This document shows positions 10,668-23,261 of a stretch of 64,000 nt of DNA, piece after piece. The stretch is from Vicinamibacterales bacterium (GTDB lineage Bacteria; Acidobacteriota; Vicinamibacteria; Vicinamibacterales; Vicinamibacteraceae). Below the pieces are notes generated by a model. It was not told the origin of the DNA. It was given only the letters and a program-made list of their open reading frames with translations, and made no database searches. The first letter of the stretch is position 1. Each line of letters opens with the position of its first letter. The position numbers and the translations under genes are program-made. The stretch spans positions 277,439 through 341,438 of the forward strand of contig CAWIBS010000036.1 of assembly GCA_963834365.1 (NCBI GenBank), given 5' to 3'.

Positions 10668-11513
10668 ATGACGACAGAGGCCCGCTACGCGTCCGACGCC
10701 GACGACGGATTTCACGAAATCCAGTTGAACGGCAAGCAGCTCGTGTTCCTGGGGATGACGACGACGATCGTGTCCGTCGTGATCTTCCTGTGCGGCGTTC
10801 TCGTGGGACGGGGTGTTCGGCCGCTCGAGCCCGTCGCCGAGGCCGCCAGCGTGGTCGCCGCGGTGGCCGACCCTGCGCCGCAGCCTGCCCCCACGACGCC
10901 CGATCCGCAACCGGTCGCCGAAGCGGTGCCGCCGGCCAGCCAGCCAACTCCGGCGCCCGCGCCGGACGCGACCCCGGCTCCGCCAGCAGCGGCGGCAGCC
11001 ACGCCGTCGCCCGGCCCACCGACGCCTCCAGCGGCCAGCGCGGCGTCCAAGCCCGCGACCGACACTCGTGCGCCGGTCGCCACGACTGCGGCGGCCGCGC
11101 CGCCGCCGGCGAAATCTGCGGCCCCGAAGCCCCAGGAGCCGAAACCCGTCGAGTCGAAGCCCGTCGAGCCGCGACAGGCCGAAGCCCGGACCCCCCCACC
11201 CGTGGCTGAACCGGCGCCCGATGCGGACCCGGTGCCCGCGTCAGCGCCGGTGGCGAGCGACGCGCCGGTCCCCGCGGCCTCGAGTGGTGCCATTGCCGTC
11301 CAGGTCGCCGCGCTCAGCAGCCGGACCGATGCCGAGGCAATCGCCCGTCGCTTGAGCGGGAAGGGTTATGCCGCTTACGTGCTCGAGACCGGCGCCGGCG
11401 GCAAGTCCGTCTACAAGGTGCGGGTTGGGAACTACGCGAGTGCCGACGAAGCCGAGCGCGTGAAGCGCCGTCTCGCGCAGGAAGAGAAGCTGAAGCCCTG
11501 GGTGACCCGCTGA
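10668..11513 (+). CDS. SPOR domain protein (single TM, Pro/Ala-rich linker)
   Basis: Intact 281-aa ORF with TM LVFLGMTTTIVSVVIFLCGVLVG and a long PA-rich linker. The C-terminal IAVQVAALSSRTDAEAIARRLSGKGYAAYV...YKVRVGNYASADEAERVKRRL matches the SPOR fold pattern. Confidence 0.8.
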   Translation: MTTEARYASDADDGFHEIQLNGKQLVFLGMTTTIVSVVIFLCGVLVGRGVRPLEPVAEAASVVAAVADPAPQPAPTTPDPQPVAEAVPPASQPTPAPAPDATPAPPAAAAATPSPGPPTPPAASAASKPATDTRAPVATTAAAAPPPAKSAAPKPQEPKPVESKPVEPRQAEARTPPPVAEPAPDADPVPASAPVASDAPVPAASSGAIAVQVAALSSRTDAEAIARRLSGKGYAAYVLETGAGGKSVYKVRVGNYASADEAERVKRRLAQEEKLKPWVTR

Positions 11514-13058
11514 GTCTCCTGACCGGCATCCTGCTGGTCCTGAGCTTTCCGAAGTTCGGCCACCCGGCGTTCGGCTGGGTGGCTCTCGTCCCCCTACTCG
11601 TTTCGCTCGTGCTCCTGCAGGCGTCCGGTCGAGCCGCGACATCTGGCGCGCTCTATCGCGGGTTTGCGGCAGGCCTCGTGTACTTCGCCGGCACGTTGTA
11701 CTGGCTGCCCGACGTGATGGTGACCTTCGGCGGGCTGCCGTACCCGCTAGCCCTCCTCGCGGCTCTGCTTCTCATCGCCTATCTTGCGTTGTATCCGGCG
11801 ATCTTCGCCGCAGTGGTGATGATCGCGCTCGCCCGGGTGGGACGGCGAGCGCTCTGGCTCGCGCCGTTCATCTGGATCGCGACGGAGTACGGGCGGGGGC
11901 ACGCCCTCACCGGGTTCCCGTGGGTGCCGCTCGGCAACAGCCAGATCGACACGACGTCAATCGCACAGGTCGCGTCGATCGTCGGTGTCTACGGGTTGTC
12001 GGGGCTCGTCGCCGGCGTGTCTTCGGCGATTGCGTTCGTCGCGAGCACCTGGACGAGCGACGCCGCCGCGGGCGCCAGTGGACCACGGTCGCGGCCGATC
12101 GTCCCGATCGTGGCAGTCGCGGCCGCAATCGTCATGGCGGTGCTCTGGGGGCATCGTCGGGTCAGCGCCGGCGAGCTGGTCCGCGCTGGTTCGCCGGTGC
12201 GCATCGGGCTCGCCCAGGGCAACGTGGCGCAAGGGCAGAAATGGGATCGCGCGTTTGCGGGCACCATCATCAGCCGCTATCTCGCGCAGTCCCGCGAGGC
12301 GGCCGCCAGCGGGGCACGGTTGATCGTGTGGCCCGAGTCGGCGACGCCGTTCGCGTTCGAGGCCGATCCCGCCGCTGCCGGGATCGTGCAGCGACTGGCG
12401 CGCGAGACCGGCGCCTCGCTGCTGGTCGGGAGCGATCAGATCGAGCGGACCGAGCCGCCGCGCTACTACAACAGCGCTTACATGCTGCAGCCGGACGGTG
12501 AGGTGAGTGGCGTCTACCGCAAGATGCACCTGGTGCCGTTCGGCGAGTACGTGCCCTTCCAGCGCGCGTTGTTCTTCGTCGGGCCGCTCGTCGAGTCGGT
12601 CGGCGGCTTCTCCGCCGGCGAGACGCTGACCGTTTTCAGCGCGGCCGGGGGCACGCTCAGTACCGGCGATCTGCTACGAAGTCGTGTTTCCCGAGCTCGG
12701 CCGCCAGGCCGTGCTGCGGGGCAGCCAGCTCCTGTCCACCATCACCAACGACGCCTGGTACGGCCGCAGTTCGGCGCCGTGGCAGCATTTCGCCCAGGCG
12801 CGCATGCGCACGATCGAACAGGGCCGATATCTCATTCGGGCCGCGAATACGGGCATCAGCGGCATCGTCGATCCCTATGGCCGCGTCGTCGCCCGGACGA
12901 ACCTCTTCGAGGAGGCCGTCATCGTCGGCGACGTCCGGTTTCTCGAGGGGCTGACCGTCTACGCTAGAATCGGAGACGCGGTGGCGTTCGCGTCCATCGC
13001 TCTGACCATCCTGATCGCCGCGCGCGGGCTCCCTTTCAGGCGTACGGGGGGTCAGTGA
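11510..13058 (+). CDS. lnt: Apolipoprotein N-acyltransferase; one apparent frameshift, start codon uncertain
   Basis: The multi-TM N-terminus (LSLLTGILLVLSFPKFGHPAFGWVALVPLL... is already in frame upstream of the listed GTG 11579) is followed by a CN-hydrolase domain (ARLIVWPESATPF, YRKMHLVPFGEYVP). The frame changes at about 12665 into ICYEVVFPEL...NDAWYGRSSAPWQH (ORF 12684..13058). No canonical start codon is visible near 11510. Confidence 0.85.
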
Positions 13059-13067
13059 GCGGTTGTC

Positions 13068-13131
13068 TACTTCCGAATTCCACTTCCACCTTCCGACGTC
13101 CAACTTTCCGACTTCCGACTTCCAAACTTCC
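13068..13131. repeat. Heptamer tandem array (ACTTCCR-type, about 9 units) between lnt stop and prfB start
   Basis: Read directly: ACTTCCG AATTCCA CTTCCAC CTTCCGA CGTCCAA CTTTCCG ACTTCCG ACTTCCA AACTTCC, ending 3 nt before the prfB ATG. Confidence 0.85.
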
Positions 13132-13133
13132 CT

Positions 13134-14274
13134 ATGCCTCTCGAACGTGAAGATCTGCTTCGTCGCTACCAGGATCTCGTCAAGCGCGCGTCCGCGCTGC
13201 GGAGTTATCTTTGACGGCTCACGCCCCGCTGAAGAACTGACACGAATCGAAACGCGCGTCGCCGAGCCCGACTTCTGGAAGGACCAGAGTGAAGCGCAGC
13301 GGCTGCTCCAGCGGCGCCGGCGCCTCGAAGAGGACGTGACGTTGCGCGAGTCGCTCGCCCGGCGGGCGGGCGACCTTGCGGTCCTCGCCGAATGGCTGGA
13401 AGGCGGCGAGCCGGTCGAGGACGACCTCGCCCGAGGGCTCGACGAACTGGCGGCGGAGGTCGACGCCGGCGAGATCAAGAAGATGCTCGGCGGCGAGCAC
13501 GATCGCCGCAACGCCATCATCACCGTGCATCCCGGGGCCGGCGGTACCGAATCGCAGGACTGGGCCGAGATGCTCCTGAAGATGTACCTGCGCTGGGCCG
13601 AACGCCGCGGCCTGTCGATCGAGCTGATGGACCATCAGCCCGGCGACGAAGCCGGGATCAAGTCGGCCACCGTGGCCGTCAACGGCGAGTACGCGTACGG
13701 CCTGCTGATGGCCGAAGCCGGTGTGCATCGTCTCGTCCGCATCTCGCCGTTCGACCAGGCCAAGCGCCGGCACACGTCGTTCGCGTCGCTGTACGTGTGG
13801 CCCGAGATGCCGGACGATGTGGACCTCACGATCGAGGACAAGGATCTGCGCGTCGATACCTATCGATCCAGCGGGGCCGGCGGCCAGCACGTCAACGTCA
13901 CCGACTCCGCGATCCGCCTCACCCACATTCCGACCGGCATCGTCGTCTCGTGCCAGAACGAGCGATCCCAGCACAAGAACCGGGCGTCTGCGATGAAAGT
14001 GCTGAAGGCCCGGCTCTACGATCGGAAGTTGAAGGAGCAGCAGGAGGCGCTCGAGAAGCTGGGCGGCGAGAAGAAGGACATCGCCTTCGGCAGCCAGATC
14101 CGCAGCTATGTGCTGCAGCCCTACCAGATGGCGAAGGACCACCGGACGAAGGTCGAGATCGGCGACGTCGAGCGGGTCCTCAACGGCGACCTCGACGGCT
14201 TCATCAAGGCGTATCTGATGGCGAAAGCCTCAGGCACTCTCGGCCAGGCCGTGGATGCCGGCGACGATGCGTAG
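13134..14274 (+). CDS. prfB: Peptide chain release factor 2, translated via programmed +1 frameshift (13134..13211 joined to 13213..14274)
   Basis: The zero frame is ATG 13134 MPLEREDLLRRYQDLVKRASALRSYL, ending at in-frame TGA 13212-13214. The +1 frame from 13213 continues DGSRPAEELTRIETRVAEPDFWKDQ.... Downstream are the RF2 SPF tripeptide (VRISPFDQ) and the GGQ motif (SSGAGGQHVNV). Confidence 0.95.
13200..13215 (+). promoter_or_regulatory. RF2 autoregulatory +1 frameshift site
   Basis: CGG AGU UAU CUU UGA C: the slippery CUU followed by UGA-C, with an internal SD-like GGAG (13201-13204) 4 nt upstream. This has the same architecture as the classical prfB site. Confidence 0.9.
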
Positions 14275-14283
14275 GCCGAGGCT

Positions 14284-15495
14284 CTACCTGGCGAACTTGA
14301 CGCAGACCGGCTGGCCTACGGTCACCGGCTCGCCCACGGGATCGAGGGCACCCGTCGCCTGATCGATGCGGAAGACGGCCAGCGTGTCGGTGTCCTGATT
14401 GGCGGCGACGAGCCAGCGGCCGCTGGGATCGATCCCGAAGTTGCGCGGCGTCTTGCCGCGCGTCGGTTCGTGCTCGACGGAGGTGAGCTTTCCGGTCGCC
14501 GCGTCCAGAGCGAACACCGCGATGGTGTCGTGACCGCGATTCGAGCCGTAGACGAACTTCCCTGAAGGGTGGACCTGCACTTCAGCGGTGGAGCTGGGCC
14601 CGCCTGCCGGCGCCCCCGCCGCGGGAGCCGGCAGCGTCGAGACGGTCTGCACGGTCGTCAGCACGCCCGTATCCGCCTTCCAGGCGAATGACGTCAGCGT
14701 GGACGCCAGTTCGTTGATCGCCAGGGCAAACCGGCCGTCGGGCGTGAACGCGAAATGCCGCGGCCCGGCCCCCGGATCGGTGGACGTCGAAGGCGGCGCG
14801 TTCGCCGACAGCGCTCCCGTCGCCGCGTCGAACCGATAGACGAGCAGCTTGTCGATGCCCAGGTCCGCGGCGACGGCGAAGCGATTCGTCTGGTCGACGT
14901 TGATCGAGTGCGCGTGTGGACCTTTCTGCCGCTGCGCGTTCGGCCCCGAGCCCTCGTGCTGGACGACCGACACGGCCTCGCCCAGGCTGCCGTCCTTGCC
15001 AATCGGCAGCACGGCGACGTTCCCGCCCGTGTAGTTCGCCACGAGCACGAACTTGCCGGACCTGTCGATCACGATGTGGCAGGGAGCGCCCCCTTTCGAG
15101 GCACGCTGATTGATCAAGGTGAGCCGGCCCGTGGCCCCGTCGCGTCTGAAGGCGCTCACCGCTCCGCTCTTCTGCTTCTCGAACTCGCCGACCTCGTTCA
15201 CGGCGAAGAGGAACTCGCCGTTCGGGTGCAGTGCCAGGAAGCTGGGATTCGACGACTCCGCGACGAGCCCGATCGGCGTCAGCGCGCCGCTGGACGGGTC
15301 GAACCGCAGCGCGTGAATGCCCTTGCTCGTGCTCTTCGGACCGGTATATGTGCCGATGTAGACCGTCAGCGACGCATCCTTGGCGGTGGGCTGTGCAGCG
15401 TTGGCCATCATGGAGATCTGTTGAAGCGCCGCGATGGCGATGAAGATAACGACCAGCCGAAGGCGCGAGGTGCGCGCGAGGGGAGTCTCGATCAT
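14284..15495 (-). CDS. Lactonase family 7-bladed beta-propeller (6-phosphogluconolactonase-like), secreted
   Basis: Intact 403-aa ORF with a signal-like N-terminus (LRLVVIFIAIAALQQISMMANA). Repeated blade motifs include NPSFLALHPNGEFLFAVNE, PCHIVIDRSGKFVLVANY, PRHFAFTPDGRFALAINE, HPSGKFVYGSNRG and PRNFGIDPSGRWLVAAN. Confidence 0.8.
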   Translation of the reverse strand: MIETPLARTSRLRLVVIFIAIAALQQISMMANAAQPTAKDASLTVYIGTYTGPKSTSKGIHALRFDPSSGALTPIGLVAESSNPSFLALHPNGEFLFAVNEVGEFEKQKSGAVSAFRRDGATGRLTLINQRASKGGAPCHIVIDRSGKFVLVANYTGGNVAVLPIGKDGSLGEAVSVVQHEGSGPNAQRQKGPHAHSINVDQTNRFAVAADLGIDKLLVYRFDAATGALSANAPPSTSTDPGAGPRHFAFTPDGRFALAINELASTLTSFAWKADTGVLTTVQTVSTLPAPAAGAPAGGPSSTAEVQVHPSGKFVYGSNRGHDTIAVFALDAATGKLTSVEHEPTRGKTPRNFGIDPSGRWLVAANQDTDTLAVFRIDQATGALDPVGEPVTVGQPVCVKFAR

Positions 15496-15601
15496 GCGGC
15501 CATTCTATGACGACGGGTCGTGCTCGCCCACAGCACTGGATCATCAGCGGCAGATCGCGTCCACAATCAGCCAGGGTCACCGCAGCCCTCCGTGCGGCCG
15601 G

Positions 15602-15720
15602 CCAGCCCGCCCAGGGCTGGCTGATCGCCGCGCGGATTCAAGGGCTGCCGCGACGGCCGCTGAGGGCGGCTGTCGCCAAAGTTACTGCCGCGACGGCCGC
15701 TTGAGGCCGGCCGTCGCCAG
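15602..15720 (-). terminator. Three stem-loops just 3' of the PBP gene (two are tandem copies of one ~35-nt unit)
   Basis: GCCAGCCC/GGGCTGGC (15602-15622). CTGCCGCGACGGCCGC-TGAGG-GCGGCTGTCGC (15646-15677, one G-T pair). CTGCCGCGACGGCCG-loop-CGGCCGTCGC (15686-15718). No T-tract, so function is inferred from position only. Confidence 0.45.
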
Positions 15721-15722
15721 GA

Positions 15723-17960
15723 CTACTTGAACTCCCCGCCCGGCTGCGTGCCCGAAATGAAGGTCTCGCGGATCGCGCCGGGCACCTCGGTGTCCACCCG
15801 CGCGCCGGTGGCCCGATCCACCGCGAGAAAGACGATGTTGCCCGGTGGCGTGAAGTCGGGACGCTCCTTGCGATCGCCGATCCAGGCTTTCATGACGTCC
15901 AGCCACACCGGCAGCGCCGCCGCGGCGCCGCTCTCGCCAGGCCCGAGCGTCTTCTTCCTGTCGTGCCCCATCCAGACGCCAATCGTGATGTCGGGGTCGA
16001 AGCCGACGAACCAGGCATCGGTGAAGTCGTCGGTCGTTCCGGTCTTGCCGGCGACCGGCCAGTCGAGCGACGCCGCGCGCGCAGCCGTTCCGCGTTCGGT
16101 GACGCCGCGCAGCAGGCTGGTCATCACGAACGCCGTGTCGGCGCGCAGCGCTTCCGCCGGTGACGGCCGGTTCTCCTCCAGCACGTTTCCCTGCCGATCG
16201 ACGATGCGCTGCACCTCGTACGGCCGCATGCGCACCCCCTGGTTCGGGAAGGCAGAAAACGCGCTCGTCACTTCGAGCAGCGTCGCTTCGCTCGATCCGA
16301 GCGCCGACGAGAGAAAGGGCTGCACCTTCGACGAGAATCCGAGCCGTTCGGCGTAGCTGATCACCTGCGAGGGGCCGACCTGTTCCATGAGCCGCACGGT
16401 CGGGACGTTGCGCGACTGCTCGAGCGCGCGGCGCAGGGTGATCGGGCCCTCGAACTGCTTGTCGTAGTTGAGGGGCGAGTACGGTGGCTGGCCTGGGCCC
16501 ACGGGATACGCGACGGGACTGTCCTGCAGAATCGACACCGGGGTGAATCCCCGATCGATGGCGGCGGCAAAGACGATCGGCTTGAACGTCGAGCCGAGCT
16601 GCCGCATCGCCTGTGTGGCGCGGTTGAAGCGGCTCCGTTCGAAGCTGCGGCCGCCGACCATCGCCAGCACCCGTCCGGTGCGGTTCTGTACGGCGACCAG
16701 TGCCGCCTCGGCTTCGGGAGTCTGTTCGAGTGTGCCGGCAATCCGGCCGGCGCGGCGTCACCTCGGTGATGCGCAGTTCGAGGAGATCCCCGACCTTGAG
16801 GAACGACGCCGACGTTCGCCCGGTCCATGCGTACGATTCCCGCGAGAGCTCGCCGGTGAGCGTGCCGACGCGCACGGCAGCGCGCGAACCATCGAGGCTC
16901 GTGACGACAGCCGGGACGATCGCGCCGACCTGCGGCGTCGTTCGCCACGCGGGCGTGCTGTAGCCGGCAACGGTCTGCCCCTGGGCCAGCACGTTCGGCG
17001 GCCGACGGAATCCGCGCCGCTTGTCCAGCCGCCTCAGTCCGTCGTCCACCGCTTTCTCCGCCGCGCGTTGCAGCCGGACGTCGAGCGACGTGTAGACGGC
17101 CAGGCCGTTCTCGTAGAGCTGACGTGCGCCGAACTTCTCCTCCAGGTGCTGCCGGACGAGCTCGACGAAAAACGGCGCGTCGGCGTCGAGATCGGGGCGT
17201 CCCGTGGTGACGACGGGCTTCTGCCGGGCCGCTTCGGCCTGCGCCGCCGTGATGAAGCCGGCGTCCGCCATCTGGGACAGCGCATAGTTGCGCCGGCGCA
17301 GCGCGTTCTGGGGGTTCACATAGGGGCTGTGCCGGGCGGGCGCCTGAATGATGCCAGCCAGCAGCGCCGCTTCTTCGAGCGTGACCTCCTTCGCGCGCTT
17401 GTTGAAGTAGAGACGCGCCGCGGCTTCCACGCCATACGTGCCATGCCCCAGGGGATCTGATTGCAGTAGAGCGTGATGATCTCGTTCTTGGTGTAGCGCT
17501 TCTCAATCTGGATGGCGAGGAGCGCCTCCTTGATCTTGCGCTCCCATGTCTTCTCGTCGGTGAGGAACAGCTTGCGCGTGAGCTGTTGTGTGAGGGTGCT
17601 CGCGCCGGCGCGTTCTCCCTTGACGATGTCCTTCGCGAGCGTCACGACGATCCGCGTGATGCTCAACCCCATGTGCGTGTTGAACCCGGAGTCCTCGGCC
17701 GCCATGATGGCCTGTCGCAGCAGCGGCGAGATCTCGTCGTAGGTGATGACGATGCGGCGCTGCGTCGCAAACTCCCCGAGGACTTCGCCGCCGCCCGCAA
17801 ACACGCGCGTGATGGTGCTTGGCGAGTAGTCGTCGAGCGCCGAAACCTGCGGCAGATCGCTGGAGAAGATCGCCAGTACGCCGCTGACCGCGCCCGCCAC
17901 CGCGGCGAGCAGGAAGAGCAGCACGACGGTGAGGTGGCGCAGGCGGACGGCGGCCTTCAT
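15723..17960 (-). CDS. mrcA: Class A penicillin-binding protein (PBP1A-type transglycosylase/transpeptidase); two apparent frameshifts
   Basis: Three ORF pieces make one gene. 17316..17960 has the TM plus GT51 motifs EDSGFNTH, GASTLTQQL, RKIKE. 15682..17430 has LGHGTYGVEAAARLYFNK after correction. 15723..16670 has the transpeptidase motifs GSTFKP, SRN and KTGTT. Junctions are at the GGGG run 17451-17454 and near 16755. Confidence 0.9.
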
Positions 17961-17979
17961 GTCGAAGATTGTACTGTCA

Positions 17980-18050
17980 GGAGGGCGCCCCTTCAGGGGC
18001 GCCGAACGAGGGGCCGACGTCGCCGCGGCGGGGCTGAAGCCCCGCCCTCC
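17980..18050. repeat. Inverted pair of REP-like hairpins
   Basis: GGAG-GGCGCCCC-TTCA-GGGGCGCC (17980-18003) and GGCGGGGC-TGAA-GCCCCGCC-CTCC (18027-18050). They lie between the DUF6600-like gene stop and the PBP start. Confidence 0.85.
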
Positions 18051-18068
18051 TTGGAGTGGCGACGAGGG

Positions 18069-19941
18069 TTACGGGTGCCGCCTGGCCGCTCCGCCGCTGC
18101 GGCTGCCCCCGTCGCTCCCGCTTCGCGATCCGCCGCCGCGGCTGCCGCCGTCGCCGTCACCGCCCCGCGGCCTGGCGTACCCGCCCGGGGCACCGCTCGT
18201 GCCGGGACGTGGGCCTGACGCGTCGGGCGGCCGAGACATGCCGGGCGACGCGTCGGGTGAGCGGCGCGGCGCCGCGTAGCCCGGGGACCGCGATCCGGAG
18301 TTGCCATCGCCGTCATCGTTGCGGGAACGGGGAACATAACGTGGACTGTCGTTGGCCGGAGGCCTCGACGCTGCGCCGCTGTCGCCATCGTCGCGCCGGT
18401 AGCCTGGCGCGTTCGGCGATCGCCAGGGCGCCGCCTGGTTGCGGGGGTTCATGAACGGCCTCGCGCGCTCATAAGGTGAATCGCTCGGATTCTGCTGCCC
18501 ATTGGGCGTGGTGCCGGAGGGCCGGGTGCTCATCCCCGGTCTGGCGGCCGCGGAAGACCGCGGCACAGCGGTGCCCGGGTTGCGATTCGTCCAGCCGTCA
18601 GGGTAGGCGTCGGTGGTGCGACCGGCGCGCGGCGCGGTCGACAACCCCGCACGTCGTCCGGGCGAACGGTCCGCGTAGCGGCCGTACGGTGATCGCGGCG
18701 GCGCGTAACCGGGCGGGACATGCTGCATCGCGAACGAGGGCCGGTCGCGATCGAGACGCACCCGGTCGATCCGATGGAGCGGCACGTGGCCCCGACCGAA
18801 GCGATCGTGCGACACGAAGGTCCACGCCCGCCACGGATCGCGCCCCCGGTATCGATAGGAATGTCCGTAAGACGTGAACACGTTGAGGACCGGGCGGCCG
18901 TTCCATCCGAGCGGGCACCAGCCGACGTAGCCGGGCGAGGTCGCCCAGTAGACCCACGCCGAGCCCCAGCTGCGGGAGGGGATCCAGAACCACGATCCCC
19001 GCGCGCTGATGTGCCAGCGTCCGTAGTGGTGTGTGGGCCAGCCCCAGGGATCGTGAGCGATCCACGTCCAGCCCCAGCGCGGGGCATGGTGCCATCGGCC
19101 GCGATAGTACGGCCGCCAGTCCACGGCCACCGTCGGATACCACACCGAGCCGTAGGTCGCATCCACCTGCCAGCTTCCGTAGCTGGTCGAACGTGGAGCC
19201 GTAGCTCACGAGCTCGGCGGGCAGATAGTTCCGTGACGTCGAAGGCGCCCGCCACGTGGCGATGCGCTCGTCCGCCCACCGCTCGAGCGCCGTGTCGCCC
19301 GACGCGGCGAGCCATTGCGGCGCCGAGGGCGCCTCACCCTCGACGACGCGCGACTCCTCGCCGGAATTGAGGGCGACGGCACCGCCGTCGTTCGACAACT
19401 GGGCGGATCCGCGAATGACCGCGAGCACGACCTCGACGCGATCAGTGCCGCCGACCGTCAGTCGATATTGGCCAGGCTGGTCGATCCGCACCGACGCGCC
19501 GGGGGCCTCGAGGGAGATGCGTGTCGCGTTCGTCTCCCCGATCGTGGCGAGGAGCCGGCCGCGCGACAAGTGGAGCACGGTGTCCGCCACGAGGTCCACG
19601 TCGGCGAAACGATCGAGATGGACGACGCTGCCATCGGCGAACGTGACTTCGACGCGGCCGTTCTCGGCGCGGAGTCGATCACCGGCGGCCACCGGCATGC
19701 CCGACTCGAGCACCTCGCTGCGGCCTTCGCGGTCGATCCGGGCGGCGCCATCAACGGCAGAGACGTAGGCCGGTGGGTTGGCCTGCCCGCCCTCGGCTGT
19801 GACGGCTCGTTCGCCGGTCTGGCCCGCCGCCGCGACCGGCAGCACGACGAACGCCACGACCGCGACCGCCAACGGCCACGCCTGGACGCGCAGTCGTCGG
19901 CCGCACACCCGACCGTGGGCGCCGGAACCGGGAGACATCAT
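18069..19941 (-). CDS. FecR-domain protein fused to a Trp-rich (DUF6600-like) domain and an R/G/S/D/P low-complexity tail; one apparent frameshift
   Basis: ORF 18598..20007 (from ATG 19941) gives a signal peptide and a FecR-like beta region (VSAVDGAARIDREG...GDRLRAENGRVEVTFADGSVVHLDRFADV). ORF 18069..19166 gives YGSVWYPTVAVDWRPYYRGRWHHAPRWGWTWIAHDPWGWPTHHYGRW.... The junction ...STFDQ-YGSWQVDATYGSVWY lies near 19183. Confidence 0.7.
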
Positions 19942-20031
19942 CGATCCTCGCTGACTCGACCCGAGGCGCAACGCGCGCCGCGAGGGACACTGGCAGGCTG
20001 GCTTCACGAGTATAGCACCGTCGGGCTAACA

Positions 20032-20103
20032 CTTGACAAATCCTGCCCTTCGCGGCTTTTGGGGCAGGCCAGCATTGACATGATGTATGCTCACATTTCA
20101 TAC
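20032..20103 (+). promoter_or_regulatory. Candidate dnaK promoter region (AT-rich island with two TTGACA boxes)
   Basis: TTGACA at 20032-20037 and 20074-20079; CATACT at 20098-20103 lies 18 nt after the second box. This is the only clearly AT-rich stretch for kilobases, 43 nt upstream of the dnaK ATG. No experimental support. Confidence 0.35.
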
Positions 20104-20106
20104 TAA

Positions 20107-22057
<1,951 letters not shown>

Positions 22058-22160
22058 GGACGATGACGAATGACGAAGGTCCGGCGCCGACATGCGGCCG
22101 GCGGGGCCTCGACAGCGTTGGCTCTCGTCATTCATCGTCACTCGTCGTTCGTTCGTAGAC

Positions 22161-23255
22161 ATGACGTTCTACTTCACCCTGGGCGTGCGGCCGGGCGCGA
22201 CGGTTGGCGAGATTCGCCGCGCGTTCAGGCGACTCGCGCGCCGCCATCACCCGGAGCTCAACCCGGGAGACGAGGACGCCGCACAGCGCTTCCGCCGCAT
22301 CGTCGAGGCGTACGAGACGCTCGTCGATCCGGATCGGCGGCGGCGGTACGACGCGGGCGATGTGCCCGCCGCCGCAGCGTTCGGGCCGTCTGACGCCGCG
22401 TTCGCGTTCGAGGGCTTCGACTTCACCGCGCGGGTTCAGGGTGCGGCGGCGTCGACGTTCGGCGACCTGTTCGCGGACGTCGTGCGCGCGGCGGCGGAGT
22501 CGGCCGTCGAGGGCGTGAGCGGATCGGACCTGCATGTCGACGTGCAGGTGCCGCTCGAGGGTGCGATTCAGGGGGTGGTGGCGCATCTGACCGTCACCCG
22601 CCGCGATCGCTGTCCGGGATGCGCGGGCAGCGGGCGGATCGAGAGCTTCGGTGCGTCGTGCCCCGACTGCCGCGGGGCGGGAGCGATCAAGACCGCCCGC
22701 GGGCACATGCTGTTCACCAAGACGTGCGGGCGATGCGACGGCGTCGGGGCGCTGCGCCACGCCGACTGCCGCGCCTGCGGCGGGGAGGGCGTGACCATCC
22801 GCAGCGACGACGTCGCGGTGAAGCTTCCGGCGGGCGTGCGCGATGGGGACACGCTGCGCCTTCCGGGTCAGGGCAACGCCGGACGCCGGGGTGGGCCGGT
22901 CGGCGATCTGCACGTCAAGGTCGTGGTCGAGCCGCATCCGTTGTACACGCGGGACGGCGACGACCTGCACCTCGACCTGCCGGTGGCCATTCACGAGGCG
23001 GCGTTCGGCGCGAAGATCGACGTCCCGTCGCCGTCCGGGACGTGCCGGGTGCGCGTGCCGCCGGGCACGCAGTCGGGGCAGCGCTTCCGGCTGCGCGAGC
23101 GTGGCGTGCCGTCGACGCGGGCCGGGCGCCCCGGTGACCTGATCGTGACCGTGCGTGTGGTTCTGCCGCCGCTCGCGGACGAACGCTCGCGGGCGCTGGT
23201 GCGCGAGCTCGCGTCGGCGTATCCCGACGATGTGCGCAAGACCTTGCGGATGTGA
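22161..23255 (+). CDS. dnaJ: Co-chaperone DnaJ (J-domain, four CxxCxGxG zinc-finger motifs)
   Basis: From ATG 22161: MTFYFTLGVRPGATVGEIRRAFRRLARRHHPELNPGD (J-domain, HPE in place of HPD). It carries CPGCAGSG, CPDCRGAG, CGRCDGVG and CRACGGEG, followed by C-terminal beta domains. Confidence 0.9.
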   Translation: MTFYFTLGVRPGATVGEIRRAFRRLARRHHPELNPGDEDAAQRFRRIVEAYETLVDPDRRRRYDAGDVPAAAAFGPSDAAFAFEGFDFTARVQGAAASTFGDLFADVVRAAAESAVEGVSGSDLHVDVQVPLEGAIQGVVAHLTVTRRDRCPGCAGSGRIESFGASCPDCRGAGAIKTARGHMLFTKTCGRCDGVGALRHADCRACGGEGVTIRSDDVAVKLPAGVRDGDTLRLPGQGNAGRRGGPVGDLHVKVVVEPHPLYTRDGDDLHLDLPVAIHEAAFGAKIDVPSPSGTCRVRVPPGTQSGQRFRLRERGVPSTRAGRPGDLIVTVRVVLPPLADERSRALVRELASAYPDDVRKTLRM

Positions 23256-23261
23256 GGGACG

